Positions 1 through 12,625 are shown, counted from the whole stretch's first letter. The stretch: DNA of 63,920 bases, filler included, from Octopus bimaculoides (GCF_001194135.2; 8 parts of 7 records of this genome joined end to end with filler, not necessarily neighbours in it), one strand, 5' to 3'. Notes: generated from the letters alone by a model not told the origin. A program made the numbers and translations.

Positions 1-240
1 TATATATATATATATATGCAGGGTGCAGTGGGAAAATTTCCATCATTTTATACTTTTAATTTTGTGCATGTGCATTGTTTGTTTTTGATTTTATCAACTA
101 CATAGTAGAGTCAGTATAGTCAGTTGGACACCGTCTGTGAGAAAAACAGCACCATGATGCAATTCACTCAGCCAGAAATTTGGAAATAATATGCTGTACT
201 GCTTGGTATTTGCACCAGAAGCTCCAATACATACATTTCA

Positions 241-447
241 GAGGCAGCGAGCTGGCAGAAATATTAGCACACCGGGCGAAATGCTTAGCGGTATTTCGCC
301 TGTCTTTATGTTCTGAGTTCAAATTCCACCAAGGTCGATTTTGCCTTTCATACTTTCAGGGTCGATAAATTATGTACTGGGGTTGATCTAATTGACTGGC
401 CCCCTCCCCCAAAATTTCAGGCCTTGTGCCTAGAGCAGAAAAGAAAA
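241..447 (+). mobile_element. SINE, family C (GAGCTGGCAGAA...CTGAGTTCAAATTCC head)
   Basis: Matches copies at 46213, 55700 and 16608; B-box-like GAGTTCAAATTCC; inserted in the DD37D element. Confidence 0.85.
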
Positions 448-467
448 CATATATTTCAAAGTTTTAG

Positions 468-580
468 GTGTCAATCTGAGGACAGTGCAATCTGAGGACA
501 GTGCAATCTGAAGACAGTGCAATCTGAAGACAGTGCAATCTGAGGACAGTGCAATCTGAGGACAGTGCAATCTGAGGACA
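468..580. repeat. Minisatellite, 7 copies of a 16-bp unit GTGCAATCTGARGACA
   Basis: Direct reading; the first unit is 17 nt; variant order G,G,A,A,G,G,G. Confidence 0.95.
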
Positions 581-1131
581 TGTACTGAGGGTGATAAAAA
601 TCAAACATCCAGTCAACATCATGATGTTTGGAGTGATCACTAATGATGGTGACATTTTGCCACCATTCATCTTCCCGCACAGCCTCAGACTCAACATGGA
701 GGCCTACATCAAGTGTCTGAAGAAGGTAGTGCTGCCTTGAATCAAGGGGATGGCTGCTGGAAGACCCTGTGTCTGGCAACAGGACTCTGCATCATGCCAC
801 ACAACCAGGAGAACCCACTCATGGCTGTCAGACAATTTCTGCAACCACATCACCCATAACATCTGGCCACCTAACTCACCAGACTGCGTATTATGTGTGG
901 GGTGCAGTTGAGTGAAAGACCAAGAAAACTTCATGTAACACCAAAGATGAACTGACAGCAAGGATTATGGCAGCATTCATCAACTTAAACAAGGAGACTG
1001 TCCAGAAGAGTTGCAGGAGATTCCAGAGTTGTCTGGAGGCCGTGGTTGATGACAAATGCGATTATATTGAATAAATTTACTCTTTAGTATTTCAAGATAT
1101 TTTTATGTAATTTTGGTAAACATATCTGTTA

Positions 1132-2389
1132 TTAGGTTGTCAAGAAAGTTCTTGTAGAATTTTAAATTTTGGTTTTAAATGATGTGTTTTCAAATTAAGT
1201 TCCATTAAATTACTTTGACTTTATATATCATTTTAAAGCTCGTTTTTCACTCTATCTAATCGTGTTACTATTTTTCATTTTGAATCATTAGGCCATTTTT
1301 TCCGGAACATTGAATACAACATGGACAAAAAGCAAATTCGCACAATCTTTTTATTCTAGTTCAAGCTAGGTCGAAAAGCTGCTGAAACAGCTCACGATAT
1401 CAATGATGTGTTTGACCCAGGAATCACTAATGAATGTACAGCACAAAGGTGGTTCAAGAAATTTCGTAGTGGTGACGAGAGTCTTGAAGATGATAAGCGT
1501 AGTGGTCGGCCATCGGATGTTGACAACGATCAACTAAGAGCCTTAATCGAAGCCAATCCACGCACAACTGTTTGAGAGTTTGCATCTGAATTAAACATAA
1601 CGTATACGACAATTTCCAACCACTTGAAAGGGATTGGATAAACAAAAATACTTGAGACATGGGTNNNNNNNNNNNNNNNNNNNNNNNNNNNNNNNNNNNN
1701 NNNNNNNNNNNNNNNNNNNNNNNNNNNNNNNNNNNNNNNNNNNNNNNNNNNNNNNNNNNNNNNNNNNNNNNNNNNNNNNNNNNNNNNNNNNNNNNNNNNN
1801 NNNNNNNNNNNNNNNNNNNNNNNNNNNNNNNNNNNNNNNNNNNNNNNNNGCACCAAAAGAAGGTCATGATGACTGTTTGGTGGTCTGCAGCCAGTCACAT
1901 CCATCCAGGCGAAACGATTATGGCGGAGAAGTACTGTCAGCAAATGGATGAAATGCATAAGAAACTCTGACAACAACAGCCAGCATTTGTCAATAGAAAA
2001 GGACCAATTCTTCTCCATGACAACGCTCAGCCACACGTTGCACAACTGACCCTGCAGAAGTTGAATGAATTGGGATACGAAACTCTGCCTCATCCGCCAT
2101 ACTCACCAGACCTCTCACCTACCAACTTCCACTTTTTCAAGCATCTCGACAACTTCCTGTGTGAGAAATGTTTCAAAAACCAAGACGAAGCCAAACACGC
2201 CTTCAACGACTTCATCACCACCAGAACGCAGGATTTTTACGCTACTGGTATAAATAAACTTGTTTTGCGTTGGCAAAAGTGTGTTGATTCTGATGGTTAT
2301 TATTTCGATTAATAAAGTTTTGTTTGAGCCAAGATATGTGCATCTGAATTTAAAGGTTAAAAACCGCAAGAACTTTCTTGACAACATAA
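1132..2389 (+). mobile_element. Full-length defective mariner (Hsmar1/cecropia-like) nested in the DD37D element
   Basis: 23-bp TIRs TTAGGTTGTCAAGAAAGTTCTTG with 1 mismatch, and TA duplication at 1130-1131 and 2390-2391. Confidence 0.93.
1321..2312 (+). pseudogene. Mariner transposase pseudogene
   Basis: MDKKQIRTIFLF*FKLGRKAAETA...QRWFKKFRSGDESLED...LHDNAQPH...HPPYSPDLSPTNFHFF...WQKCVDSDGYYFD*. Several stops and an N gap; the third catalytic position reads N (DD34N). Confidence 0.9.
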
Positions 2390-2457
2390 TAAAATGAAAC
2401 GTCAGTGTTATTTTCATTTTTGTGTAATTTAGATGACAATTCATTCACCACACCCTG

Positions 2458-2505
<48 letters not shown>

Positions 2506-2507
<2 letters not shown>

Positions 2508-2724
2508 GTGTACTGTTCTGTGAAAAGTCTCTGGTTTTAAGAGTATTGCGAAAGGCCTGGTTGGAGGCCCAAACTTCCAAGTTCTTTTACACGGCTTAGA
2601 AAAATTGAAGGACTGCTGCAATAAGTGTGTGAATCTGAGAGGGGAATATGTTGAATAAAATCATAATTAACTGACCCTCTGTATTTTTTATGCACCCAAA
2701 GCCAGGAACTTTTCAGAACCCCTC
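2506..2724 (+). mobile_element. Mariner 3'-end fragment
   Basis: Translates to LEKLKDCCNKCVNLRGEYVE*, followed by a TIR-like GGAACTTTTCAGAACCCCTC and a TA run. Confidence 0.65.
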
Positions 2725-3093
2725 ATATATATATATCAAAATTTAGGTTAGTTAAAATATATTTGTGACTTATTTCAACTTTATTGCAGTCAAATTCACT
2801 GAATTTACTGTGGACAAAAAAAATTCTCTCTAATGGTAAGAAGGTGGAAAATCTCTGCATCTGTCCAGTGCTGCCTCCTGTCAGAACCCCAGATGTGTTT
2901 CTTGCTCTTTAGCCATTATCAATGGGAAATACCAAAGAGAGGCAACTCTGGACAGACTTAATTAAAACCATGGCTTTAACTAAAGCACTATTAATAACAT
3001 TGATTGAGCTGTACCATTAAAACATCAGGTCAGAAAAAATTACCGCAGTTTCAGTGTCAAGCAGTGTTTAGGCATAAGTGAATTTAGGTTAGT

Positions 3094-3375
3094 TAAAGTA
3101 TGTTTATGACATATTTCAATTTCTAAAGCAAATATGTATGTACTATTATGATATATTATTTTTCAGTTATTATTATACTACAAGTCTTCCTTTCTCTCTG
3201 TAACTTAACAAAGCCTGTCTGGTTTCATCATCATGAAACCAGACAGGCTTTGTTAAGTTACAGAGAGAAAGCTACTACGGAAGACTTGTAGTATAATAAT
3301 AACTGTATAATAATATATCATAATAGTACATACATATTCGCTTTAGAAATTGAAATATGTCATAAACATACTTTA
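3094..3375. repeat. Long near-perfect palindrome (~135-bp arms, 4-nt loop)
   Basis: Arms 3094-3228 and 3233-3375; 3 mismatches and an 8-nt bulge (3271-3278). Confidence 0.95.
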
Positions 3376-3788
3376 CAAATATTATATGTAGTATTAAACA
3401 GTTTAAGTATATATTCTTTAAACTTGGCTGAAATTGATGGGTGAGCATTTGGCCCAATCGGATGCACAAGGAGCCATTTTATCATTGATTTGTGGGTATG
3501 TATATATGTATGCATGTATATATACATAATTATTTAGCATAAAAGGAGAGAAATATAAATTTTACATATAGTTTATAATTCATTGGGCTCAACAGCTGTT
3601 TCATTAAGATGAACATCATTAAATGTATAATTACATAATTGGGATACATAGTTAATTAGTTTAAATTAATATATTATGTATCACAATTATGTAACTAAAC
3701 ATTTAATGATGTTTATCTTAATGAAACAGCCATTGAGCACAATAAAGTATATGAATTTAATGCTATTCTTCTTTTATGCTAACTAAGC

Positions 3789-4136
3789 CACTACGATAGA
3801 TTGCTTAATAAAGAGAATGAATGGGAGAAAGAGAGTCTGCCATATGTTGACCCAACAGAGGGACCAGCTATTCGAGTTGACAGTACCATGGTAGATAAAG
3901 CAATTAAGAGTATGAATACAGGGAAAGCCCCCGGCCCATCAGGAATCACTGCAGAGATGCTCAAAATATCTGGCAGTGTCGGCTATAGCCTAGTCACCTG
4001 TATTACGAACCAGGTGATACACGAAGGAGTCATACCCAATGACTGGTGTAGCAGCACCATAATCAACTGCTACAAAGGTAAAGGTGACGCTTTAGATACA
4101 AATAATTACAGAGGTATCAAGCTTTTAGATCAGGTA
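3789..4136 (+). mobile_element. RTE-clade LINE ORF fragment (linker plus RT N-terminus), truncated by a scaffold end
   Basis: Open frame: VDKAIKSMNTGKAPGPSGITAEML...IPNDWCSSTIINCYKGKGDALDTNNYRGIKLLDQV. Confidence 0.88.
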
Positions 4137-4236
4137 NNNNNNNNNNNNNNNNNNNNNNNNNNNNNNNNNNNNNNNNNNNNTTAATTAATTAANNNNNNNN
4201 NNNNNNNNNNNNNNNNNNNNNNNNNNNNNNNNNNNN
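4137..4236. other. Artificial scaffold-join spacer N44-TTAATTAATTAA-N44 (first of seven)
   Basis: Identical 12-mer (stops in all six frames) at 4181, 10830, 23107, 31458, 44736, 48037 and 62420, each within a 100-nt N-padded spacer. Confidence 0.97.
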
Positions 4237-4364
4237 TATATATCTTATTTTATGCTATCATTTCCTTCTTCCTTTTTGCTAGGGCACCTTCTAGAATGAT
4301 CTAATAAAAGAAGACGGCGCAATTAACAACACTAACTGTGGAGCAGTCTGGAGGCAAGCACCCC

Positions 4365-4619
4365 CCCGCGCACACACACATGCTTGCATACATATATGCA
4401 TGCATACATACAAGCATATATCTATATGCTTGTATAAATGCGAGTATGCATACATATATACATGCACACATACATACGTAGATACATATGCATATACATA
4501 CATACGTATATATATATATATACAGACATAGATGCGCACATAGATACATACATGCATACATTCATACATACATGCATGCATACATTCATACATACATACA
4601 TACATACATACATACATAC

Positions 4620-4650
<31 letters not shown>

Positions 4651-4800
4651 CATACATACATTCATACATACATACATAGATACATAGATACATACTTACA
4701 TACATACATACATGCATACATACATACGTACTTACATATATACATACATACATACACACGTACATTGATATAATCTTATACGCCCGTGCACACACAAATA
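4365..4800. repeat. Compound (TACA)n/(CA)n/(TA)n microsatellite
   Basis: Direct reading; similar blocks at 5270-5540, 10886-11070, 47560-47990, 48650-49020 and 58660-59040. Confidence 0.95.
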
Positions 4801-4964
4801 CACAGATGCACGCACACATGAGATGAGCTTCTACACAGTTTCTTTTAGAAAGCCTGGTGTTAGCAGAAGACATTTGACCAAGCTGTCTCACACTGCGTCT
4901 GAATGCGGAACCATGGATTTGCAGCCGGTCCAAACTACGAAAATTAAGAAAGAAAGAAAAAAAA

Positions 4965-5150
4965 AAGTTCGTGGGTCAGGAGCTCTTGCACTTGGAGAGT
5001 CAGGTTCATGTATTTAATAGTGTTGTAAGACGCTGGACTGACAGGTTGATTAAACTGCTGGGACTCTGGTTTGGTCCAGATCTCCGACTGCAAAAGAACT
5101 GGTATGAAGAGACGTGCTGGTGATTCGTCTCACCGAGAAATAAGTCGTGA
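4965..5150 (+). mobile_element. L1/Tx1-clade LINE fragment
   Basis: Translates to VVRRWTDRLIKLLGLWFGPDLRLQKNWYEE, a post-RT Tx1-type motif. Confidence 0.6.
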
Positions 5151-5376
5151 AACAGAGAGAATTTGATGTACACAGCGAATATATTATTATATTCACTGTG
5201 TATGTCTTATTGACTTTTGTTGTTTATTCCTGTTTTTTTTTTTTATTATTTAATCCTGGATTTCCCTTCATACATGTATACATACCTACATATATACATA
5301 CATACATATGCGTGTATGAGTGTGTACACACACACACACACATACACACACATTTACACACAAACACACATTTACA

Positions 5377-5413
<37 letters not shown>

Positions 5414-5421
5414 TCACACAT

Positions 5422-5460
<39 letters not shown>

Positions 5461-5789
5461 TTCACACACATACACACGCATTCACACACATATGCAGATA
5501 CATTCGTGCGCACATACATGTGTGTGTGTATGTTTGTAAGGTGCACGTGAAAGCTCTTGCTATGTAATCAGTATTTTATAATTCCGTGTGTTTCTTTGTA
5601 ATGTTATGCAATTTATGTCGGCATCTCTTGTTAAGGGTCTTCTTGGTTATGGAGATCACAGAATATTCAAAAATATAAGAAAGGGGGAAAAATGCATATT
5701 CTAAAAATTGTTTATATATAAATATATTATTAAGATATTCTCCCGGTATAATTATTGCACACAACCACCCACGCATATATATTAACAAG

Positions 5790-5852
<63 letters not shown>

Positions 5853-5984
5853 CAGAATGAAAGAGGCGGCTTTCCTCTATGTACGAATAGTAATGACCTT
5901 GAAAATCTTGTTGTAAGGTTGAATTCCGTAACAGGATTTTATCATTGTTTCCATGTTTATTATACCATTGAAAGAAGTCAATGA

Positions 5985-6150
5985 GGGAACCCTGCATGGC
6001 AAGAAATTTGGGGTTGTCTTCTGCGATTACATCGGCCTCACTATTTGGATGGATTATTGCAACCACCCAACAATAAAAGATAAAACAGATTACAATGGAA
6101 TTTGAACTCAGGCATAAAATACGAAATCGCTGAGCATTTTCTCCAATGTT
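5985..6150 (-). mobile_element. Degenerate family C SINE
   Basis: Minus strand carries AAATGCTCAGCG...CTGAGTTCAAATTCC...GATGTAATCG...CCCCAAATTT, matching family C. Confidence 0.6.
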
Positions 6151-7577
6151 TTCGTGATTCTCACTATACATAAAAAAATACTTGAATATTTGCCAACACG
6201 AGCAATTAACTAAGGGAGATCACTTTGACAGAATTATTTCCCTTGATAATAATTTTTTTTCTTCAATTTTTACATCTATAAAATAGATTCATTTTTGATT
6301 CACCCAGCTACTACTATCCAAAAATAAAATACTGGCAACATCTAAAAATTTTATAGTTGTCTTACAAAGAATAGCTCTTGAAATAAAACGTCAATCTTTG
6401 ATGAAACAAACATAAGCAAGAAGCAGGCTTTTAATGCTTTGCAAAGGGATTCATCTTTGAGCTAAATTTGTTTCGTGTATGTTGCACAATATATCAAAAA
6501 TGTTATAGTAGTCTACTTTGGAACACATGTAATACGCATTTTCAGAGAAAATATTTCGTACTCGCACTTCTTCGTTCAAGGTTAAAATACCACTCCGCGG
6601 AGAAATTCCGATTTATGCATTATAGTTTTACCATTTTTTTTTTTTATCTGTGACAATACAAATTACAAGTGTTTCAAAATGTGGAAAATTGAATGATGAA
6701 TAAATATATATATATATAAAAAAAAGAAAATTTTGGTGATTCTGTTCTAAGATGTGATAAATGGGTGGGTAGGAATTTGAGAAAATATCGATTTAAAAGT
6801 TTTGTTTTAAAGAAAGACCGGTTGTGTGTTATTTTGAAATGTGAGACACTTATAAAATATGGATAAATGTCGAAAAAATACAAGAAATTTTGATTTATGT
6901 AAGACAGCTGTTCTGAAGTCTGATAAATATATTAAATGCAGAAAAAATGACAAAAACAAAACGTCATGACAGAGTTTGTAAAATATGAATTTTAAAACAA
7001 ATGTCGAAATCACCGAAAATCAGAGAAATCGAGCAAGTTAAATGATGAGCTCCAATTGGAACTTCATTACGACGTCTCATAATATTCTACTAATTCTAAG
7101 AAAGAAAGAAAAAACAAAACAAAAAAACAAGAACAAAACAAAACAAAAAATGCAAATGTTATTAAACTAATTTATATTTATAAGAATTTATTTCAATCAA
7201 CGTACGGACGACTCTATTGAGTCAGGCCTACATTTAAAGCAAATATACAAACAAAAAAAATCAAAAATTTGTCTGAGACTGAAAATTTATAGAATTTATA
7301 TAAGTTTTGCAAACTAATTTTATACAAGAACACATACAGAAAACACGCTCACAGCAATAGACACTACAAACACAAATTAATGAACTACATAAATACAAAG
7401 ACAAACATAACAAAAAGAAACATCAAAACAAACAACCACCCATACACGACGCCACCTAATCACATAAAAATATATCACATCACGCCAACATTACACCACA
7501 CTTTAAAATCCCTCTACCCCAATGCGGTAGGGGGATGCCAAAAATATTTAGCCAAAAAACTTTACAGCAGCCTCCTC

Positions 7578-7940
7578 TGCCTACCTACCTACTTACCTAC
7601 CTACCTACTTACCTACCTACCTACCTACCTACCTACCTACCTACCTACCTACCTACCTGCCTGCTTACCTACCTACTTACTTACTTACCTACCTACCTGC
7701 CTACCTACGTACCTACCTACCTACCTACCTACCTACCTACCTACCTGCCTACCTACCTACCTACCGACCGACCTACCTACCTACCTACCTACCTACCTAC
7801 CTACCTACCTACCTACCTTCCTACCTACCTACCTCTCTACCTACCTACCTACCTACCTACTTACCTATATGCCTGCCTGCCTGCCTGCCTGCCTACCTAC
7901 CTACCTACCTGCCTGCCTACCTACCTACCTACCTACTTTC
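7578..7940. repeat. (CCTA)n microsatellite with CCTG/CTTA variants
   Basis: Direct reading; the opposite-orientation (GTAG)n occurs at 19625-19705. Confidence 0.97.
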
Positions 7941-8949
7941 CCCTTTATCACTTTGTTTGTATCATGTTCTCATCCGTTGCACAAGTAGTCTAAACGATTC
8001 CCGGACAATGCCTTTCTCAGTTTCCTCCAATAATTTCAGTAAAATAGATGAATGATTTTTTTTCTTACAGCCGTTTTTGTATTCCTCAACTGCTTCACAA
8101 ACGAAATTCACTGATCAGAGGGTATGCATGAACAACAGAGTATCTTAAGCGTAATGTAAGAAGATTCAAAATGCTCAATGATAATGTGCTTTATGAAAGT
8201 AGATGATGTTAAAAACTTATACGTATTTCGATCTATTGTTTCTTTCATTTCAATACTGTCTTACTGTCTTTGCTTAATTTTTTCTTGCACATATACCTAA
8301 TTCCGGACATAACACCGAGCCACGCACTAGTAAACATAAAAGAAATGTAAAGGTGTAAGGTGTATACTACAAATTACAAAATAAAGAAAAAGTAAGCAGT
8401 AGTGAAAGATTATATAAAGTCTTATCTTGAAGGCTGTTTAAAGACGTAATAACCATATTAATTAGTAATATGTGCATGATGTCATAGGTATGTGTCCTGC
8501 GACAAGTCTCGATGATATTGTTAAAGTAAGTTAGGAGTCTCTTTTCAAGATGAGAGTGGCAAAGCTGAATTGTTTGGCGGTGTTAACAAAGATAAAAGTT
8601 TAAAGAGAACGGAGAGAGATTGCGAGAGAGGAAGAGAGGCGCTTGAGGAAGCATAGGGGAACAGTGAAATAAATAAGATCATTAAAAGATGACGCGAGAT
8701 GAAAATACAACTTGACAAAGATCAGTTATAAAGAAGATAAAAATCGAAGAAATAGTGTTGTCTGTCCAACCTAGTGACGTGACGAAGAGTGGTAGTTTCC
8801 AGAGAAGATAAATTATTTTCGAATAGCAGAGATAATTGACAGAGAAATGTAGAAAAATTAAGAGCCGCAATGAGGAGTTTGGGAAGTAGAAAAAGAAAAT
8901 ACAAAGAAGAAAAGAAAATTTTAGCTAAGATGAGGACAAACATAATGAT

Positions 8950-10085
8950 TTTGTATAATGAGTAAAGGGCTTGTAGAATTTATGTTTGCAGCCAAAGATT
9001 GTATCAGAGAATTAAATATATAAAGAAGTCACATTTTGGAGTAATATCGTGTGCGATTGCCGATAATTCATGTACGCGCTTAGTTATACTTAAGGGGATT
9101 CCACCACAATTTATAGGCCAAGATAAAACATAAGTGTACCTAGGGTCTTGAGGCGGTGTCTGTAGGCGACTAGGGAAGTAGTTTTTTTAGAAAGCCTATT
9201 TAAGAAGGAGCTCAGAAGAACAAGGTAGCATCATTTAAAGTCGATCATTCTTCAAGTCGATCATTCTTCAAGTCGATCGTATCCTCAACGTAGACCTGAA
9301 CTGGGTGGGAACGTGAAATTGTGATCAAACATTTATATACAACGTTATAACGCATAAAACTCCTATTTAAACAGAGATGTGTAACTCGGCATTTACAGGT
9401 TTTTCTACCACCGGTCGACTTGTGCTCACTAAGTATCCTATCGTGGTCGATGCTATCGTTTATCCTAGAAACAGTCGTGGGAGGGGTTTTCATGGTCAGG
9501 GATAGGGAAATAGAGACTATGATTATTATTAGATGAACCTGATCAATAACAGTTGTTATAGAAGATATTTATTCCGGAGCTGAGGCTATTCAGACTAAGA
9601 AAAGCCACACTTCGAATCTACAACATTAGAGGTATTGCTAGATAATGTGTTGAAATCAACTCCAGGAGCTTAAGAGTCAAAGGAATGATGTTTCGTATTA
9701 GGTTCACTGTACTTACTGGTGTTAATGCTGCTAATCCTAGGTGCGTTGGTGGTGTCGATGCACTTGTTAAAGTAAAGGCAGGATTTCTCAGGGTTACACT
9801 GTTACTATTAACTCGGTCCGGGTAGAAGCTAGATCGGTGGTTTTAAGAGGCCGTAATCAGATGGTCGACCCTGTACCTATTAGAAAGGATGATTACAGAT
9901 CCCAAGTTTGGGTTTGTCGAGTATGAAATTTTAATCGAGCATTTATTTACGCTGAGATGGGAAATTGGAATTGAGGATTTTTAAGTGATTTAACTTGAAG
10001 GGAAAGCAAGGCTACGGGTAGAATTTACGTAGTCTTTGTAACTTATTTACTACCATTGATTCTAAACTTCGTTTGGCGACATGTT
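8950..10085 (-). mobile_element. Penelope-like element remnant (RT C-terminus plus GIY-YIG endonuclease)
   Basis: Minus-strand peptides: NKCSIKISYSTNPNLGSVI; TCKCRVTHLCLN...NVVYKCLITI...VYVEDT.DLK; SSFLNRLSKKTTSLVAYRHRLK; KCDF; GCKHKF. Disrupted by stops and a 16-bp tandem duplication at 9238-9278. May extend to ~8400 as non-coding 3' sequence. Confidence 0.8.
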
Positions 10086-10139
10086 TATACATTTTCTCGT
10101 ATGAATCGACCAGTTGTAGACCATTCTCATTTTCACACT

Positions 10140-10630
10140 TAATGTCACCGACTTCTTGCAATTCAGATGGACTCATCCACGCTGGCCTTTACCTTCCATT
10201 GCATGATGTTTGGAATAAATTTCCTCAAGCAAATCCAAAAAGGGATCTTTGAGACTCATATCACAATCTCAAACTTCTCACAATTTGAAATTACTTTAAA
10301 TGATACTCAGGCTTCTTATGTTGTTCTTTTCACCCTCAAATTCTGCATCAGAAATCAGTCTTTTGCTATCAGATCCAATAAATTTCAAATAGCCACAAAA
10401 AAACTCCAGGAAATTTTTAATACAAATACATAGAACAAGTCCTTTATTTTAATGTGGGTTTGACAAACTTCTTCAATAGCTTAAGTTGAATGTGAAGTAT
10501 TTGTAACAGCTCTTTGTCTTGATTCGCCGACTTAGTTTCATCATATTTTTGGGGTCAAGCAGTAAACTGTTTCCAGTTAAGCATCTGGTAGGCTTAATGT
10601 AAATTTTTGGGTCTACTGTTTTACTCATAA
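10140..10630 (-). mobile_element. Decayed DNA transposase, Chapaev3-like (CMC superfamily)
   Basis: Minus strand gives LLQILHIQLKLLKKFVK...KFPG...KFIGSDSKRLISDAEFE...EA*VSFKV...CDMSLK, matching the LHIKLGLMKxFVK...GCNMSLK signature. The family name is from memory. Confidence 0.65.
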
Positions 10631-11702
10631 AAAAAAAAGAATATAAGAATTTTGAACCACCTGACTTTCTAACACACAAAGAAATACGAAACTTTTAAAT
10701 AATCACATAAGTGCCAAATTTAAACGTTGTAGATGGAATTCTTCTGAAAACTGCCAAACTCTGGTACATATATTTTAAATACAATNNNNNNNNNNNNNNN
10801 NNNNNNNNNNNNNNNNNNNNNNNNNNNNNTTAATTAATTAANNNNNNNNNNNNNNNNNNNNNNNNNNNNNNNNNNNNNNNNNNNNATATATATATATATA
10901 TACATATGTATGTGTGTGTGTGTGTGTGTGTAGCCATATATACACATACATGTGTACTCGCATATGAAACGCACATGCATACGTGTGTACATATGTTTAT
11001 ATACATATGTATACACGCCCACACCCACCCATACCCACATATATATGTATGTATGTATGTATTTACATACATACATTACTTTCCTATATCATTTCTGATG
11101 ATATCTTACTTTAATAAACCCACATTTTTCTCGAAATTACAGGAAATCATGTTTCATTTTTACTACTAATAAATAATTTTGTTTCTTTTTTTTTCCCCAA
11201 AAAATTACCATTTGCTTCCGGCAAATTAGCATTTACTTCTAACTCTACATTTTGTCAGACACTGAGACGCAGAGACACACCCTCGTAGACAAGCGTACAT
11301 ACACACACCATAACATACGTGTGGTTATATTCTGGGTTATTGAATACATGCGATTTGTTAGTTTGAGTGAGAATGTATATCGAATGTCCCGACTAAATTT
11401 TAAGTAAACTTCCTGACATGATACTTGCTTAGTTCAGTGTCAACATATCTATATCCGCTTTAAATACGACGAATATTTATCAAACTCTACATATGGAAAG
11501 CAGATAACGTGGTTCCACAAAATTTTATATAAATATCTTATGACTGAGATACTCAACAGTTAAAATTTGATATTAGTAACAATTCATGTTGATGCAGTCG
11601 TGTATATTTTACGAAAGCAAGATAGTTGTCTAATATTGAGGAGCGCAGATATAAGTATCTGTGTATATTTGTATATATATGTGGTCATATATATATGTAT
11701 AT

Positions 11703-11778
<76 letters not shown>

Positions 11779-12467
11779 TAAATAAGTTAATCTTTGTATT
11801 AAGCATAACTAGTCCAGGAATATTTTGGTACCGCCTCGTATATAAAACTTCGACGATCGATATGATACTGTCTCCAATTCTGTGTAGCAATTCTTGTGAG
11901 AATATACTGCATACTATTAGGTTGTTACATATTCATTTCGGTGACATACATTTGGAGTTTAATTAACGTAACTATGTTATAATTCTCGAACCTAGCCATT
12001 ATATTTCAAATGCTTTTGGAATATCTCTCTGACAGTAGTATGAAACTAAACTTTTCTTGGAAAATAACAATGTGAGAATATAGTGCTTTAACATTCAGAC
12101 ACCTCGAATAGCACATGACAATTGAGACTTCAAGAGTGAAAAAATAACTCCAGCGATATAACGATAACAAATAAACATAATGTTGCTTAGATGTGAGCTG
12201 AAATGTCAAGTTGCAATGTTTTGTCTGTCGAACTAAAACATTATGGTATTAAACCAAAGCGTTTTTGTTATTCTGTTTGAAACTGGAGCAGCAAGAACTA
12301 TGCATAATAACTCCTTAAGAGCTCCATAAATTTCTTTAAGAATTTGACAGTACATATAGGGTTAGTGTATTATATTTTTGCTTCTGTTATTGGTTCAGAC
12401 AATCTTTTGTAAGTTCAATAGCTTAGGATGTAGATTACTCTTTTAAATGCAATGCATATTTATTTTG

Positions 12468-12625
12468 TTTAACATTTAAATTTAATTTTCCAAAATATTT
12501 CAGTCGCATTGAGACCTCAACCTGTTCTCTGACAAAACTCCGATGCAGCACGGGATTTTGTCAGTGAATAGGTTGATGTCTCAAAGCGACGAAAATATTT
12601 AGGAAAATTAAATTTAAATGTTGAA
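12468..12625. repeat. Imperfect foldback (~70-bp arms, ~10-nt loop), probable MITE
   Basis: Left arm AACATTTAAATTTAATTTTCC...CTGACAAAACTCC pairs with the right arm; about 9 mismatches. Confidence 0.88.

Larger units (their letters stand above)
19..2457 (+). mobile_element. Decayed Tc1/mariner-superfamily DD37D (maT-like) DNA transposon carrying nested insertions
   Basis: Degenerate ~26-bp TIRs: CAGGGTGCAGTGGGAAAATTTCCATC at 19 versus the reverse complement of 2432-2457, followed by TA. Region ~590-1070 translates with stops and a frameshift to KHPVNIMMFGVI...WQQDSASCH...WPPNSPDC/YYVWGAVE...LEAVV..KCDYIE. Restoring the deleted NPLD gives 37 residues between the second and third D. Confidence 0.8.

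Noticed and set aside
5782-6171. 129-aa ORF with an apparent transmembrane segment
   Set aside because: It overlaps a degenerate family C SINE and ends in a (CT)n repeat; no credible splice or homology support.
7508-7536. 11-bp GC-rich stem-loop, possible Helitron 3' hairpin
   Set aside because: No CTRR terminus at the expected distance and no other Helitron evidence.
7380-7993. PTYL-repeat ORFs
   Set aside because: Translation of the (CCTA)n microsatellite; not telomeric repeat either.
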